From positions 13,836 to 77,835 of the forward strand of contig DASXLC010000013.1 in NCBI GenBank assembly GCA_036496445.1: 64,000 bases of DNA, given 5' to 3'. Below, piece after piece: positions 27,467 through 36,984 of this stretch; positions within the stretch are counted from its first letter, which is position 1, and every line of letters starts with the position of its first letter. The position numbers and the translations under genes are program-made. The DNA comes from Pseudolabrys sp. (GTDB lineage Bacteria; Pseudomonadota; Alphaproteobacteria; Rhizobiales; Xanthobacteraceae). The notes beneath the pieces were generated by a model. The model did no database searches and was not told the DNA's origin. It worked only from the letters and a program-made list of their open reading frames with translations.

Positions 27467-28259
27467 AGCAGTTAGCGCGGGCGCTGCCCGTCTGATCGGC
27501 CGCATGAGCCCGCTCGTGCTGTTTATCGCGCTCTGGTATGGCGCGTGCAGCAGCGGCCTCGTCAACAGCGAGTTTCTTCCGACCCCCACCAAGGTGGCGG
27601 CGGCGCTCGCTGATCTCGTCTCAGGTGGAGAGATTGCCAGAAATCTCTTTGTCACCTTGTTTAGAGCAGCTGTCGGATTGGGGCTGGGTTCGATTTGCGG
27701 AATTTGGATCGGCTTGATGATGGCTCGTTCGGAACGATTCAAAGCCTACGTGACGCCAATCGTCGGGGGCACCTATTCGTTGCCGAAATCGGCGCTCATC
27801 CCCTTGTTCGCTTTGTGGTTTGGGATCGGCAATGTCACGGCGATTGCCGCAGTATTTCTGGCCTGCCTTTTGCCGATGATCGTCAACACCTATCACGGGG
27901 TAGTGACGACTCCAAAAGTCCTCGTGTGGAGCGCGCAAGCACTTGGTACGACAGACCGTGAATTGCCCTCGCAAGTCCTTCTGCGCAGTGCAATGCCCGA
28001 CATTTTCACCGGCTTGCGGATCGCGCTCGGCTTTTCGTTCGTGCTGGCGATTTCCACTGAGATGATCGCGTCGACCAGCGGCATCGGCAAGCTGATCTTT
28101 CTTTATGGCGAGAACGGCACGTACGACTACATGTTCGCGGCAATTGCCTGCATAGTCGCTGTCGCCTTCGTTGCTGACCGCGTCACGCTGCTGGGGATGC
28201 ACCGGTTGTTGCGATGGCACGAGTCGGCGGCTGCAGATTACGAACGAAGGCGGCTATGA
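27450..28259 (+). CDS. ABC transporter permease
   Basis: LWFGIG, SAQALGT, TEMIASTSGIG. Confidence 0.9.
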   Translation: MLIRPEAVSAGAARLIGRMSPLVLFIALWYGACSSGLVNSEFLPTPTKVAAALADLVSGGEIARNLFVTLFRAAVGLGLGSICGIWIGLMMARSERFKAYVTPIVGGTYSLPKSALIPLFALWFGIGNVTAIAAVFLACLLPMIVNTYHGVVTTPKVLVWSAQALGTTDRELPSQVLLRSAMPDIFTGLRIALGFSFVLAISTEMIASTSGIGKLIFLYGENGTYDYMFAAIACIVAVAFVADRVTLLGMHRLLRWHESAAADYERRRL

Positions 28260-29020
28260 TGCCGCAAAAATCCGTATTAATCCCCTGGCGCCCGGTAACG
28301 TCGGTTGTGCTCCTTTTGCTGGTCTGGGAACTGGCCGCGCGTGCGAAGCTGACACCGCCTTTGTTCCTGCCACCCTTCTCGGTCGTTGCCGACCAGTTGT
28401 GTCGGTCAATTGCTGACGGGTCACTGACGAACGATCTTGCACTTAGCCTGGCTCGCGCTTTCGGCGGCTTGCTGGTTGGAACTGCGACCGGTGTTGCTTG
28501 CGGGCTCGTCATGTCGCGCAGCCGCTTTGCAGAATGGTTGATCGATCCGTTCGTCGCACTCGGTTTTCCCGCACCGAAGATCGCCTTCCTTCCCATTTTC
28601 ATACTTTGGTTTGGGATCGGCAGTTCGTCAAAAATTCTCCTTGTTGCGTTCGCGTGCATCTTTCCAGTCGTCATCGGAACATATAACGCAGCGCGCTCGG
28701 TCGGTCGGCTGTTTGTATGGTCAGCGTTGTCACTTGGAAGCAATCGGCGCAGCATTTTTTTTCATGTCATTCTGCCGGCCTGCTATCCGCGCATTTTTAC
28801 GACCTTTCGGATCGCTGTGCCAGTGGCTCTGATAACCACCTTCACGGCTGAAATGGTAGCTGGCGGCGGCGGGATGGGGGCGACGCTAATCTACTCGCAA
28901 CGGTTCTTCGAGAGCCCCACGGTTTTTGCGTACATCGTTGTCATGATGTGCGTCGGGCTTGTTCTGGATTCTGCGCTGTTGAGCTTCCAGCGCCGGTTTC
29001 TAGGCTGGGCCGAAAATTAG
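28256..29020 (+). CDS. ABC transporter permease (second copy)
   Basis: LWFGIGSSSK, AEMVAGGGGMG; ATGA overlap. Confidence 0.9.
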   Translation: MMPQKSVLIPWRPVTSVVLLLLVWELAARAKLTPPLFLPPFSVVADQLCRSIADGSLTNDLALSLARAFGGLLVGTATGVACGLVMSRSRFAEWLIDPFVALGFPAPKIAFLPIFILWFGIGSSSKILLVAFACIFPVVIGTYNAARSVGRLFVWSALSLGSNRRSIFFHVILPACYPRIFTTFRIAVPVALITTFTAEMVAGGGGMGATLIYSQRFFESPTVFAYIVVMMCVGLVLDSALLSFQRRFLGWAEN

Positions 29021-29111
29021 GTTGAAGCAGGCGGTTGCTGCGCGTCGTGTCCGTTGCTAGCGTTTGGCCGGCTATTGACAGTGAGCGGTTACTGAAAGTG
29101 GAGGGGCTTAC

Positions 29112-30386
29112 ATGCGTAAATGGTTGCGCCTCGGTGCGTGTCTTATCGCCACCAGTTTTGCGTTCATGGCTGAGGATCGTTCCCAAGCCCAAGAGCCCAT
29201 TCGCATCGGTGTGCTTCTTCCGCTTACCGGACCATTCGCGAAGAACGGCATCGAAAACTGGGAAGCAATGCAGATTGCGCGCGATATGATCAACGAGCGC
29301 GGCGGCATCAACGGCCGAAAAATCGAATACGTAAATGGCGACGCGACAAGCCCCGCTGCCGCAATCAGTGAAACCGAACGACTCATCACCAAGGATGGCG
29401 TCAAAATCACTACCGGTTCATTCGCCTCCCCGCTCGCGATCGCCGTTAGCCAGGCGGCTGAACGCCAAGGTGTGTTTCATTGGGAAACGACCGGTGCCGC
29501 CGAGATCATCACGCGCCGTGGTTTCAAATACACGTTTCAGGTCGGCGCTCCTGCGCGGCGATACGGACAAGTAGCAGTGGACTTCATCATCGAAGATCTC
29601 TCGAAGCGCCTCAATAAGTCTGTCAACGATCTTCGAATTGCACTGCTCTGGGAAAATCGGGCTTTCGGAAAATCGGTTGGCGATGGCATTCGCGCTTATA
29701 CCGGACAGAAGAACATCAAGCTTGTCTACGACGAGGGCTACGATCAATTTTCGACTGACATGACCCCGATCGTTCAAAAACTAAAGGATGTTAAACCTGA
29801 CATCCTGATTGCGATTTCGTTTCCCAACGATGCAATCCTGTTTCAGAGAAAGGCAAAGGAATTGGATTTCAATGTTGCTGCTTTCATCGGTGTAAGTGCC
29901 GGCTATTCGTCTCCTGATCTTCGAAATTCAATCGGCAGCATGGTGAACGGGATATTCGTCGCGGACTTCCCACCGAAGGTGAATCCAGATGTCCTCAATC
30001 CGGAGATCCGGAAGGTGGCTGACGAATTCTACAAGCGCTACGAAGCCAAAATGAAACGTCCGCCGGCGGGACACGCCGCTGCTGGTTTCTCGGCGATTTG
30101 GGCTCTGTTCACCGATGTTCTGCCGAAGGCCAAGACATTCGAGCCGGATGAGCTTCGCGATATCGCCCTCAAGCTCGATCTCCCGGAAGGCTCTCTGGTA
30201 AATGGCAGCGGGATCAAGTTCACCAATTTCGATTGGCCAGACGATCCCAAGGATGCCGGACAAAATCTGCGCGCCTCAATTGGTGTCTGGCAGTGGACTC
30301 CCGAAGCCAACGAACAAGTCTTCCCGGCGAAGCTAGCGACCCATGCGCCGGCCATGGTGCCTTTGCCAGATTGGAGCAAGCGCTGA
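29112..30386 (+). CDS. HAAT/Liv-type ABC transporter substrate-binding protein
   Basis: Signal peptide, IRIGVLLPLTG, INERGGINGRKIE. Confidence 0.92.
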   Translation: MRKWLRLGACLIATSFAFMAEDRSQAQEPIRIGVLLPLTGPFAKNGIENWEAMQIARDMINERGGINGRKIEYVNGDATSPAAAISETERLITKDGVKITTGSFASPLAIAVSQAAERQGVFHWETTGAAEIITRRGFKYTFQVGAPARRYGQVAVDFIIEDLSKRLNKSVNDLRIALLWENRAFGKSVGDGIRAYTGQKNIKLVYDEGYDQFSTDMTPIVQKLKDVKPDILIAISFPNDAILFQRKAKELDFNVAAFIGVSAGYSSPDLRNSIGSMVNGIFVADFPPKVNPDVLNPEIRKVADEFYKRYEAKMKRPPAGHAAAGFSAIWALFTDVLPKAKTFEPDELRDIALKLDLPEGSLVNGSGIKFTNFDWPDDPKDAGQNLRASIGVWQWTPEANEQVFPAKLATHAPAMVPLPDWSKR

Positions 30387-30442
30387 TCGGCTGCGTCCGC
30401 GGAAATTGACTCTGCGGAGCTTTTCAGCTGCTTCCGTGACGC

Positions 30443-31327
30443 ATGACGACCCTCGGTCAACTCGTTCTGTCGGGTATATTTATCGGTGGCATCTATGCCC
30501 TGATGAGCATGGGCCTGACGCTGATCTTTGGGGTTTTACGGATCGTCAATTTCGCACACGGTGAGTTTCTAATGCTTGCCATGTACGGCGCGTGGGCGAT
30601 CACCAAAATGCTCGGACTGAATCCATACTTCGCGGCGTTAGCAATTGTGCCGGCCATGTTTCTGTTCGGCGCGGTCGTGCACCAGGTCATTGTGCGACCT
30701 GCGTTGGATAAGCCGCACCTCGTAGGTGTATTCGCGACCATGGGCTTGTCGATCTTGATGCAGAACGCTGCACTGATGGTCATGACAGCAGATCTGTGGG
30801 ACGTGCCTCCAATCTTCGGCCGTTCCGTGGAAGTCGGCCCGTTCTACTTTAAGGCCGAATTGTTGCTGGGTTTTGCCGTGACGATCCTCTGCTCATTGTT
30901 TCTTCAGTGGCTGATCCGGAGCACCTATCTCGGCAAAGCGATCCGCGCGACCGTTCAGGACGGCGAGGCCGCCATGTTGATGGGCATTCCCGTGCCTCGC
31001 ATTTTCCTGATCACTTTCGCCAGCGGGTCTGCACTGGTTGGCCTTTCAGCGTGCATGATGATGCCCCTGTTCTCCGTGTTCCCGACGGTCGGTTTGAATT
31101 TCGTCTTGATTGCATTTGTGATTGTCGTGCTCGGGGGTATGGGCAGCATTGAAGGGGCGTTGATTGGCGGCATGTGCCTCGGGGTCGTGCAATCGGTAAG
31201 TAGTTATTATGTCGCGCCGGCCTACGGGCAGATGTTCTATTTCGTCCTCTTCTTGCTAGTGATGATTTTTCGCCCGAACGGCTTGCTCGGGCAGAAGGGC
31301 GCCGCGACTATTGGAATTAACGATTGA
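30443..31327 (+). CDS. HAAT ABC transporter permease (LivH-like)
   Basis: GLTLIFGVLRIVNFAHGE, VLGGMGS, RPNGLLG. Confidence 0.93.
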   Translation: MTTLGQLVLSGIFIGGIYALMSMGLTLIFGVLRIVNFAHGEFLMLAMYGAWAITKMLGLNPYFAALAIVPAMFLFGAVVHQVIVRPALDKPHLVGVFATMGLSILMQNAALMVMTADLWDVPPIFGRSVEVGPFYFKAELLLGFAVTILCSLFLQWLIRSTYLGKAIRATVQDGEAAMLMGIPVPRIFLITFASGSALVGLSACMMMPLFSVFPTVGLNFVLIAFVIVVLGGMGSIEGALIGGMCLGVVQSVSSYYVAPAYGQMFYFVLFLLVMIFRPNGLLGQKGAATIGIND

Positions 31328-32352
31328 GTGTATGCATGTCAGCGGCTAACACGCATCAATCGCAGAGCACGCGGTTCCTGTTTTGGCCTCGCCGTGGCAG
31401 CCAAATTTCAATTTTCGAAATGGCGATATTTGCAGGCTGCATTGCGGTCGCAATGCTCGGGCTATCTCAGAGTCTCAAGGACATCGCCGTACTTACCTTT
31501 CTTTGGGCGGGATTGGCGCTGGCATGGAACATCGCGGGCGGGTATGCGGGTCTGATCTCGTTCGGTCATGCAGCCTTTTTCGGCGTGGGCGCCTACACCT
31601 CGACAATTCTGTTCCTGCGTTTCGGGCTCACTCCGTGGTTCGGCATCTGGTGCGGGGGGTTGATTGCTGCGGGTTTTGGCGCAGCTTTGGCGATCATCTG
31701 CGCTCGTTTGCGGGGTCCCTTCTTCATTCTTTCAACTCTCGCTGCTGCGGAGGTTGTGCGGATTGCTGCAATGAATTGGGCGTCCCTTACCGGCGGTCCT
31801 GAGGGGCTTTCAATTCCGCCCGTCGCCGGTGTGACAAATATGGTTTTCGCGTCAAAGACGGCATACGCCGTGATGATGCTAGTTTTTTTCGCGTGCGTTT
31901 ACGTGGTGACGAAATCGCTCGAGGGATCTCGCTACGGCTACTATCTGTATTCTGTCCGCGATGATGCGGATGCTGCGAGCGCTGCCGGCGTCAATCCGGT
32001 GCTCGTTCGCACGGCAGCCATGGCTTTGAGTGCCGGCCTGACCGGGATTGGCGGGTCGCTCTTCGCGCAATATTTTCTCTACCTTGATCCGACATTTCTA
32101 ATTTCTCCGGACCTTTCATTCCAGTTTGCATTACTTGCTGCGGTCGGAGGCCTCGGAACCGCGATCGGCCCGATTCTCGGGTCTTTTCTCATAACGCCGA
32201 TGTCGGAGCTGTTGCGTTCGTACCTGGGGAGTCACGCAGCTGGTCTCCACCTCGTCATTTACAGCGCGCTGCTAATTGTCGTCATGCTGTATTTCCCAAG
32301 TGGGATCGCGGGCGCAATCACACGCATCGCCGGTCGGCGGGGAAAGTCATGA
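31324..32352 (+). CDS. HAAT ABC transporter permease (LivM-like)
   Basis: GYAGLISFGHAAFFGVGAY, LTGGPEG. Start uncertain. Confidence 0.93.
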   Translation: MSVCMSAANTHQSQSTRFLFWPRRGSQISIFEMAIFAGCIAVAMLGLSQSLKDIAVLTFLWAGLALAWNIAGGYAGLISFGHAAFFGVGAYTSTILFLRFGLTPWFGIWCGGLIAAGFGAALAIICARLRGPFFILSTLAAAEVVRIAAMNWASLTGGPEGLSIPPVAGVTNMVFASKTAYAVMMLVFFACVYVVTKSLEGSRYGYYLYSVRDDADAASAAGVNPVLVRTAAMALSAGLTGIGGSLFAQYFLYLDPTFLISPDLSFQFALLAAVGGLGTAIGPILGSFLITPMSELLRSYLGSHAAGLHLVIYSALLIVVMLYFPSGIAGAITRIAGRRGKS

Positions 32353-33077
32353 CGGCGATTCTAAAGGTGGACAATCTCAGCTGCCGTTTCGGCTCGCTAT
32401 GGGCCATTCACAACGTGAGCTTTTCGGTCGAGCGTGGCGAACTGCTCGGTCTGATCGGCCCCAATGGCGCCGGCAAGAGCACGCTTTACAATTTGATAGC
32501 GGGAGCAGTGAGTCCGACCAGAGGTGAAATCATTTTTGAGGATCAGCGCGTTACCAATTTGAGATCGTATGAAATTGCGCGCATTGGGGTTGCGCGCACA
32601 TTTCAGATTCCCAAGCCATACAGGCAGCTTTCATCCGTCGAAAATGTGATGCTGACCGCTTTCCAGCACGAGAAATCGGTCGGCGGTGCCCGCGCGTTTG
32701 CAGCTGAAATTCTGACGGATGTCGGGCTAAAGGATTACATCGACGCCCCAGTCACGAACCTCACCGTCGGGTTACTTAAGCGCCTTGAGGTTGCACGCGC
32801 ACTCGCCATGCGGCCAAAGCTTGTGCTCTTCGACGAAATCATGGCCGGCCTCACGCCGACCGAGGTCGGCACGATGACGAAGTTTGTCGGCAGTCTTCCA
32901 GCCCGCGGAATCACGGTCATCTGGGTCGAGCACGTACTTTACGCCATTATGAAGACAGCTAGCCGGATCATGGTGCTCAACCGGGGCGAAATCATCGCCG
33001 ACGGCGTACCCGCGGTAGTGGCGAGGGATCCCGCAGTCGTGAAGGCTTATCTCGGAGAGGAAATGGCTTTTGCTTGA
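32349..33077 (+). CDS. HAAT ABC transporter ATP-binding protein (LivG-like)
   Basis: GPNGAGKST, ARTFQ, DEIMAGL, AYLG. Confidence 0.93.
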   Translation: MTAILKVDNLSCRFGSLWAIHNVSFSVERGELLGLIGPNGAGKSTLYNLIAGAVSPTRGEIIFEDQRVTNLRSYEIARIGVARTFQIPKPYRQLSSVENVMLTAFQHEKSVGGARAFAAEILTDVGLKDYIDAPVTNLTVGLLKRLEVARALAMRPKLVLFDEIMAGLTPTEVGTMTKFVGSLPARGITVIWVEHVLYAIMKTASRIMVLNRGEIIADGVPAVVARDPAVVKAYLGEEMAFA

Positions 33078-33774
33078 GATACGAGAACTCAACGCCTATT
33101 ACGGGGCGGTTCAGGTATTGCATGGGATTAACCTGACGCTCGCTACAGGCGAAATTGTAGGGCTTGTCGGCGCCAACGCGGCCGGGAAGAGCACGCTCAT
33201 GTTCACACTTGCCGGGCTGCGTACAACGTGCACCGGACAGATTCTTTTCAACGAAAGATCCATTGTGAATTTGGCGGCCTATGATCGAGTGCCCCTTGGT
33301 CTCGTGCTTGTGCCGGAACGGCGGCGTCTTTTCCCCTTCATGACGGTCTTAGAAAATCTCGAACTGGGTGCCTACACCGCCGGTGCACGCGTTGCGGCTC
33401 ACGAAACGCTCGACGAAGTCTTTGCTCTTCTTCCAGTGCTGGCGGAGCGCCGCATGCAGGCCGCGGGCACTCTCAGTGGTGGCGAACAGCAAATGCTGGC
33501 CGTTGGCCGCGCGCTGATGGCAAAACCGCAAACGTTGCTGCTCGACGAACCGACTGAAGGATTGGCGCCCGTCTACGTCAACCTCCTGTTCGATCTCATC
33601 GCTGACCTCAGGCGCAAAGGCATCACCATTCTGATCGTCGAGCAGAACGTTCATCATGTGCTCAAAGCGTCCGACCGTGCATACGTCCTCGAGAATGGCC
33701 GGATTGTCCTGGAAGGCCGTGGAGAGACACTGCTCAACGATGAACGCCTCAAGGTCGCCTATCTTGGACTGTGA
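33070..33774 (+). CDS. HAAT ABC transporter ATP-binding protein (LivF-like)
   Basis: GANAAGKST, LSGGEQQMLA, DEPTEGLAP. Confidence 0.93.
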   Translation: MLEIRELNAYYGAVQVLHGINLTLATGEIVGLVGANAAGKSTLMFTLAGLRTTCTGQILFNERSIVNLAAYDRVPLGLVLVPERRRLFPFMTVLENLELGAYTAGARVAAHETLDEVFALLPVLAERRMQAAGTLSGGEQQMLAVGRALMAKPQTLLLDEPTEGLAPVYVNLLFDLIADLRRKGITILIVEQNVHHVLKASDRAYVLENGRIVLEGRGETLLNDERLKVAYLGL

Positions 33775-33777
33775 GCC

Positions 33778-34755
33778 ATGATTACTGACATTCACCGCCA
33801 TTTTGTTCCGGTCGAGTTTTTTGACTTCGTCAAGGCGCGGCCCGAGTTTTCAGTAAAGGTTAAGCGCGAGCAAGGCGATGACATCGATGTCGATATTAGG
33901 GGAATGCATTTTGGTTTGAACAAGACCTTCTTCGACCTGCCGCGACAGATCGCCAGAATGAAAAGCGAAGACGTTGATCGCTCAATTCTGTCTTTGGCTA
34001 CGCCCTTCATCGATTACCATCTCGATGCGGGAATTGCGGTAAAAACCGCACGGCATTTCAATGATTCATTGGCCTCAGCGATTGCTGGACGGTCAAAACA
34101 ATTTGGCGCGTGGGCCTTTCTGCCGATGCAGGATCCATCGGCGGCTGCGGACGAGTTGCAACGCTGCGTACGCGAGCTTGGTTTCGTGGGAGGACACATC
34201 GCCTCAAATGTGCAAGGGGTCTACCTGCACGATGAGCAGTTCAATGGAATCTATCGCGCCGCACTTGATATGAATGTACCGTTATTCGTGCATCCGGCTG
34301 ATCCAGCCGGGAAAGAGCGAACACGTGAGTTCGAACTCACCGTGGTCGCTGCCTACTTGTTCGACAGTACGATCAATATCCTGAAAATGATCTGCTCTGG
34401 CTTTCTCGATCGTTGGCCGGCGCTGAAGTTAGTTTTCGCCCATAGTGGCGCATTCAGCACTATCTTGCGGGCAAGGATGCAGCGTGAGGTCGATACCAAT
34501 GCACCGCTGGCCGCAGCTTTGACCGCGTCCGTTGGGGAGTACCTGACCCGTCTCTACTTTGATACGATTTGTTTCGAGCCGAAAATCTTAGAATATGTGG
34601 CTACGGTTGTGCCTGTAGAGCATCTGTTGATGGGAAGTGATGCTCCGTTCCTGCTTGGTGAACCGGATCCGGTGAACTTCGTGCGGCGCGCTCTGCGGGC
34701 TGAACAAGCTGAAGCCATCTTGAGCCAGAATTTTGATCGCTTAATCGGGCACTGA
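33778..34755 (+). CDS. Amidohydro_2-family protein (ACMSD-like)
   Basis: DIHRH, FVHP, AHSG, GSDAPF. Confidence 0.88.
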   Translation: MITDIHRHFVPVEFFDFVKARPEFSVKVKREQGDDIDVDIRGMHFGLNKTFFDLPRQIARMKSEDVDRSILSLATPFIDYHLDAGIAVKTARHFNDSLASAIAGRSKQFGAWAFLPMQDPSAAADELQRCVRELGFVGGHIASNVQGVYLHDEQFNGIYRAALDMNVPLFVHPADPAGKERTREFELTVVAAYLFDSTINILKMICSGFLDRWPALKLVFAHSGAFSTILRARMQREVDTNAPLAAALTASVGEYLTRLYFDTICFEPKILEYVATVVPVEHLLMGSDAPFLLGEPDPVNFVRRALRAEQAEAILSQNFDRLIGH

Positions 34756-34756
34756 C

Positions 34757-35308
34757 ATGGATATTCGTCGACTCCTGATCGTCAAGGATACGATCAGCTT
34801 TGAGGGTGGGGCGCCTGCCGCTGTCCCTGTCACTCGCGTTGCTGCTTGTGCGGTGATAGCCAATCCGCTCGCCGGCGTGGTCACTGATGATGTCAGCGTT
34901 CTTGTGCCATTCGGAGCGGAGCTCGGAGAGCATCTTATTCGAAGTGCCCTAAATGTGCTTGAGAAGACGGTCATCTCTTATGGAAAAGCCGCGATCGTTG
35001 GAACTGCAGGTGATATCGAGCATGCAGCTGCAATTATCCATCCACGCATGGGAAAACCCATGCGGGATGCGATTGGCGGCGGCAAAGCGATCATTCCGTC
35101 GAACGTCAAAGTCGGCGCGGCCGGGGTGTCCATCGACATCCCGCTAGGTAACAAGGATGATGTTTGGTCATTCGATCAGATCGACACGATGAGTGTGTTC
35201 ATACCTGGCGCGCCGCGCCCCGAAGAAATCGTTGTAATTGCAGCCATTGCCGACGGTGGTAGGCCGAAAGCGCGGGTTTCAAAAGAGGGCTACGTTCGGC
35301 GACCTTAA
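34757..35308 (+). CDS. DUF1185 (AA_synth) family protein
   Basis: AVIANPLAG, YGKAAIVG, GDIEHAAA, APRPEEIVV, GGRP. Confidence 0.85.
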   Translation: MDIRRLLIVKDTISFEGGAPAAVPVTRVAACAVIANPLAGVVTDDVSVLVPFGAELGEHLIRSALNVLEKTVISYGKAAIVGTAGDIEHAAAIIHPRMGKPMRDAIGGGKAIIPSNVKVGAAGVSIDIPLGNKDDVWSFDQIDTMSVFIPGAPRPEEIVVIAAIADGGRPKARVSKEGYVRRP

Positions 35309-35350
35309 AATCGAGATTTCCCGTAAGGGTTCGAGTCCCCGTCCGCACCA
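35304..35350 (+). pseudogene. Degenerate 3' half of tRNA-Leu(TAA); probable att-site relic
   Basis: CTTAAAA anticodon loop, variable-arm-like CCCGTAAGGG, T-loop GGTTCGAGTCC, acceptor end GTCCGCACCA. No 5' half or D-arm upstream. Confidence 0.7.
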
Positions 35351-35524
35351 ATCAAATCAATGGCATAGCAAAATCGCCCGAAGGCGATTGAAAACTGGCG
35401 AACGAAGAATTCAAGTCCGGCCGGCCACGATCAGCCACGGCATAGGCGAGGGTTTTGGTCGCTATCATCTGGTAGACGATGCCGCGATCGGTCTCACATC
35501 GATCTGGCAATGTCGCCTGCGGGT

Positions 35525-35570
35525 CCCATGCGTCCCCCCATGCGTTCCCCCATGCGTCCCAAATGCGTCC
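35525..35570. repeat. 12-bp tandem repeat CCCATGCGT(C/T)CC, 3 copies plus a partial copy
   Basis: Units at 35525, 35537 and 35549, followed by AAATGCGTCC. Confidence 0.75.
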
Positions 35571-35704
35571 GACCCCACGACGATGCGCAAAACGGTGCAT
35601 CCTGCAAAAAGCACGCGGCCAAAGTCGGCGCATATCCCCCGCTGCCGGACCTTCAGGCCCTAGCGAATGGTAAATTCGCCGGGTGGTAGCCAGTCCGGCG
35701 ACGA

Positions 35705-35733
35705 TTGGCATCACTGCGCATTGGCCTTATGGT
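35705..35733 (+). promoter_or_regulatory. Sigma70-type promoter of cspA (TTGGCA-N17-TATGGT)
   Basis: 17-bp spacing, just upstream of cspA; identical boxes recur at 52342-52370. Confidence 0.55.
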
Positions 35734-35760
35734 CTCCCCCGTCAACATCGGAGTGTGAGT

Positions 35761-35967
35761 ATGGCCAAAGGCACTGTGAAGTGGTTCAACCCGACCAAAG
35801 GGTACGGATTTATTCAACCAGCAGGCGGAGGCGGGAAAGACGTTTTCGTGCATATCTCGGCCGTCGAAAAAGCCGGTTTAAGCACCCTGAATGAGGGGCA
35901 AACCGTCGAGTACGAAGAAGTACCGAACAAAGGCAAGACATCGGCAGAGAATCTGAAGGTTGTGTGA
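35761..35967 (+). CDS. cspA: Cold-shock protein
   Basis: GTVKWFN, KGYGFI (RNP1), VFVHIS (RNP2). Confidence 0.97.
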   Translation: MAKGTVKWFNPTKGYGFIQPAGGGGKDVFVHISAVEKAGLSTLNEGQTVEYEEVPNKGKTSAENLKVV

Positions 35968-36056
35968 CCGGCCAGAACTACGGTCAGACAAGCCTCACTC
36001 GATCATTTCGCCGGCGCGTCCGATCTACGGACAGCGCCGGCCGCTAAAATTTTGCA

Positions 36057-36944
36057 ATGGATAAATCTCTGAAAATTGCGCTCGGCAGCCTGGCGGTCAG
36101 CCTTGTGGTGCTGGCCGTCAAGTTCACCGCCTATCTCATTACCGGCAGCCTGGCTCTCTATTCCGATGCCCTGGAAAGCATCATCAACGTGGCGACGTCG
36201 ATCGCGGCCATCATCGCGATCAGGATAGCGGCTCGCCCGCCCGACGCAGAACATCCTTACGGCTACCACAAGGCGGAATATATGTCGGCGGTCGTCATCG
36301 GCGCGCTGATCATCGCCGCCGCGCTGGCAATCCTGCACGAAGCCTATGGCGGGTTTCTGGCACCCAGGGCGATCGACGCGCCGTGGACCGGTTTGGCCAT
36401 CGGCATGGTCGCCACGATTCTCAACGCCGGCTGGGGCGTGCTGATCATCAGGCAAGGTCGTCTGCAAAGGTCTGCCGCCCTTGTTGCGGATGGCAAGCAC
36501 ATGCTGGCCGATGTGGTCACCTCTCTTGGTGTCCTCGTCGGCGTCGTCCTCACCGTGCTGACCGGGATCGCGGTGCTGGACGCATGCATCGCAGTGCTCG
36601 TGGCCCTGCATGTGCTCTGGAACGGCTATCGGATCCTGCGCGAAAATGCGCGCGCACTGATGGATGAAGCAGCTCCCGCGGAGGAGCTGGAGCGTATCCG
36701 CGCGGCGATCTCCGGCAATGCCACCGATGCTATCGAAGCTCATGCTTTGCGAACCCGACATGCAGGCAAGGCCACCTTTATCGATTTTGATCTGGTGGTT
36801 TCAGGGACTATGAGCGTTTCGCAGGCTCATGAAATCTGCGATCGGCTCGAGACGGCTATCAAAAAGGTGCTGGCGGGGGCCGTTGTCACCATCCACGTCG
36901 AGCCGGAACACAAGGCGAAGCATAGCGGAATTTTGGTCCTATGA
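36057..36944 (+). CDS. Cation diffusion facilitator family transporter
   Basis: SDALES, HPYGYHKAE, KHMLAD, C-terminal dimerisation domain (IHVEP). Confidence 0.93.
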   Translation: MDKSLKIALGSLAVSLVVLAVKFTAYLITGSLALYSDALESIINVATSIAAIIAIRIAARPPDAEHPYGYHKAEYMSAVVIGALIIAAALAILHEAYGGFLAPRAIDAPWTGLAIGMVATILNAGWGVLIIRQGRLQRSAALVADGKHMLADVVTSLGVLVGVVLTVLTGIAVLDACIAVLVALHVLWNGYRILRENARALMDEAAPAEELERIRAAISGNATDAIEAHALRTRHAGKATFIDFDLVVSGTMSVSQAHEICDRLETAIKKVLAGAVVTIHVEPEHKAKHSGILVL

Positions 36945-36984
36945 CGTGTTCGCTGGTTATCGCGTGAACGAATAGGTCTTGCAC

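Larger units (their letters stand above)
1..35350. mobile_element. Probable genomic island (catabolic cargo); left end outside the window
   Basis: Uninterrupted accessory catabolic and transport genes ending exactly at a tRNA 3' fragment, with core-like genes after it. No integrase seen in the window. Confidence 0.55.

Noticed and set aside
35280-35350. Intact tRNA-Leu gene
   Set aside because: No 5' acceptor strand or D-arm; the upstream sequence is coding and the T-arm/acceptor region is shortened.
1-35350. Integrase, transposase, phage or anti-phage defence genes in the island
   Set aside because: None recognised in any frame I examined; mobility is inferred only from the tRNA fragment and composition.
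35525-35570. CRISPR array
   Set aside because: 12-bp units with no spacers and no cas genes; no CRISPR array was seen anywhere in the window.
35352-35714. 120-aa minus-strand ORF with WDAW/WGNAW repeats
   Set aside because: The repeats are just the translation of the 12-bp tandem repeat; no integrase or other motif.
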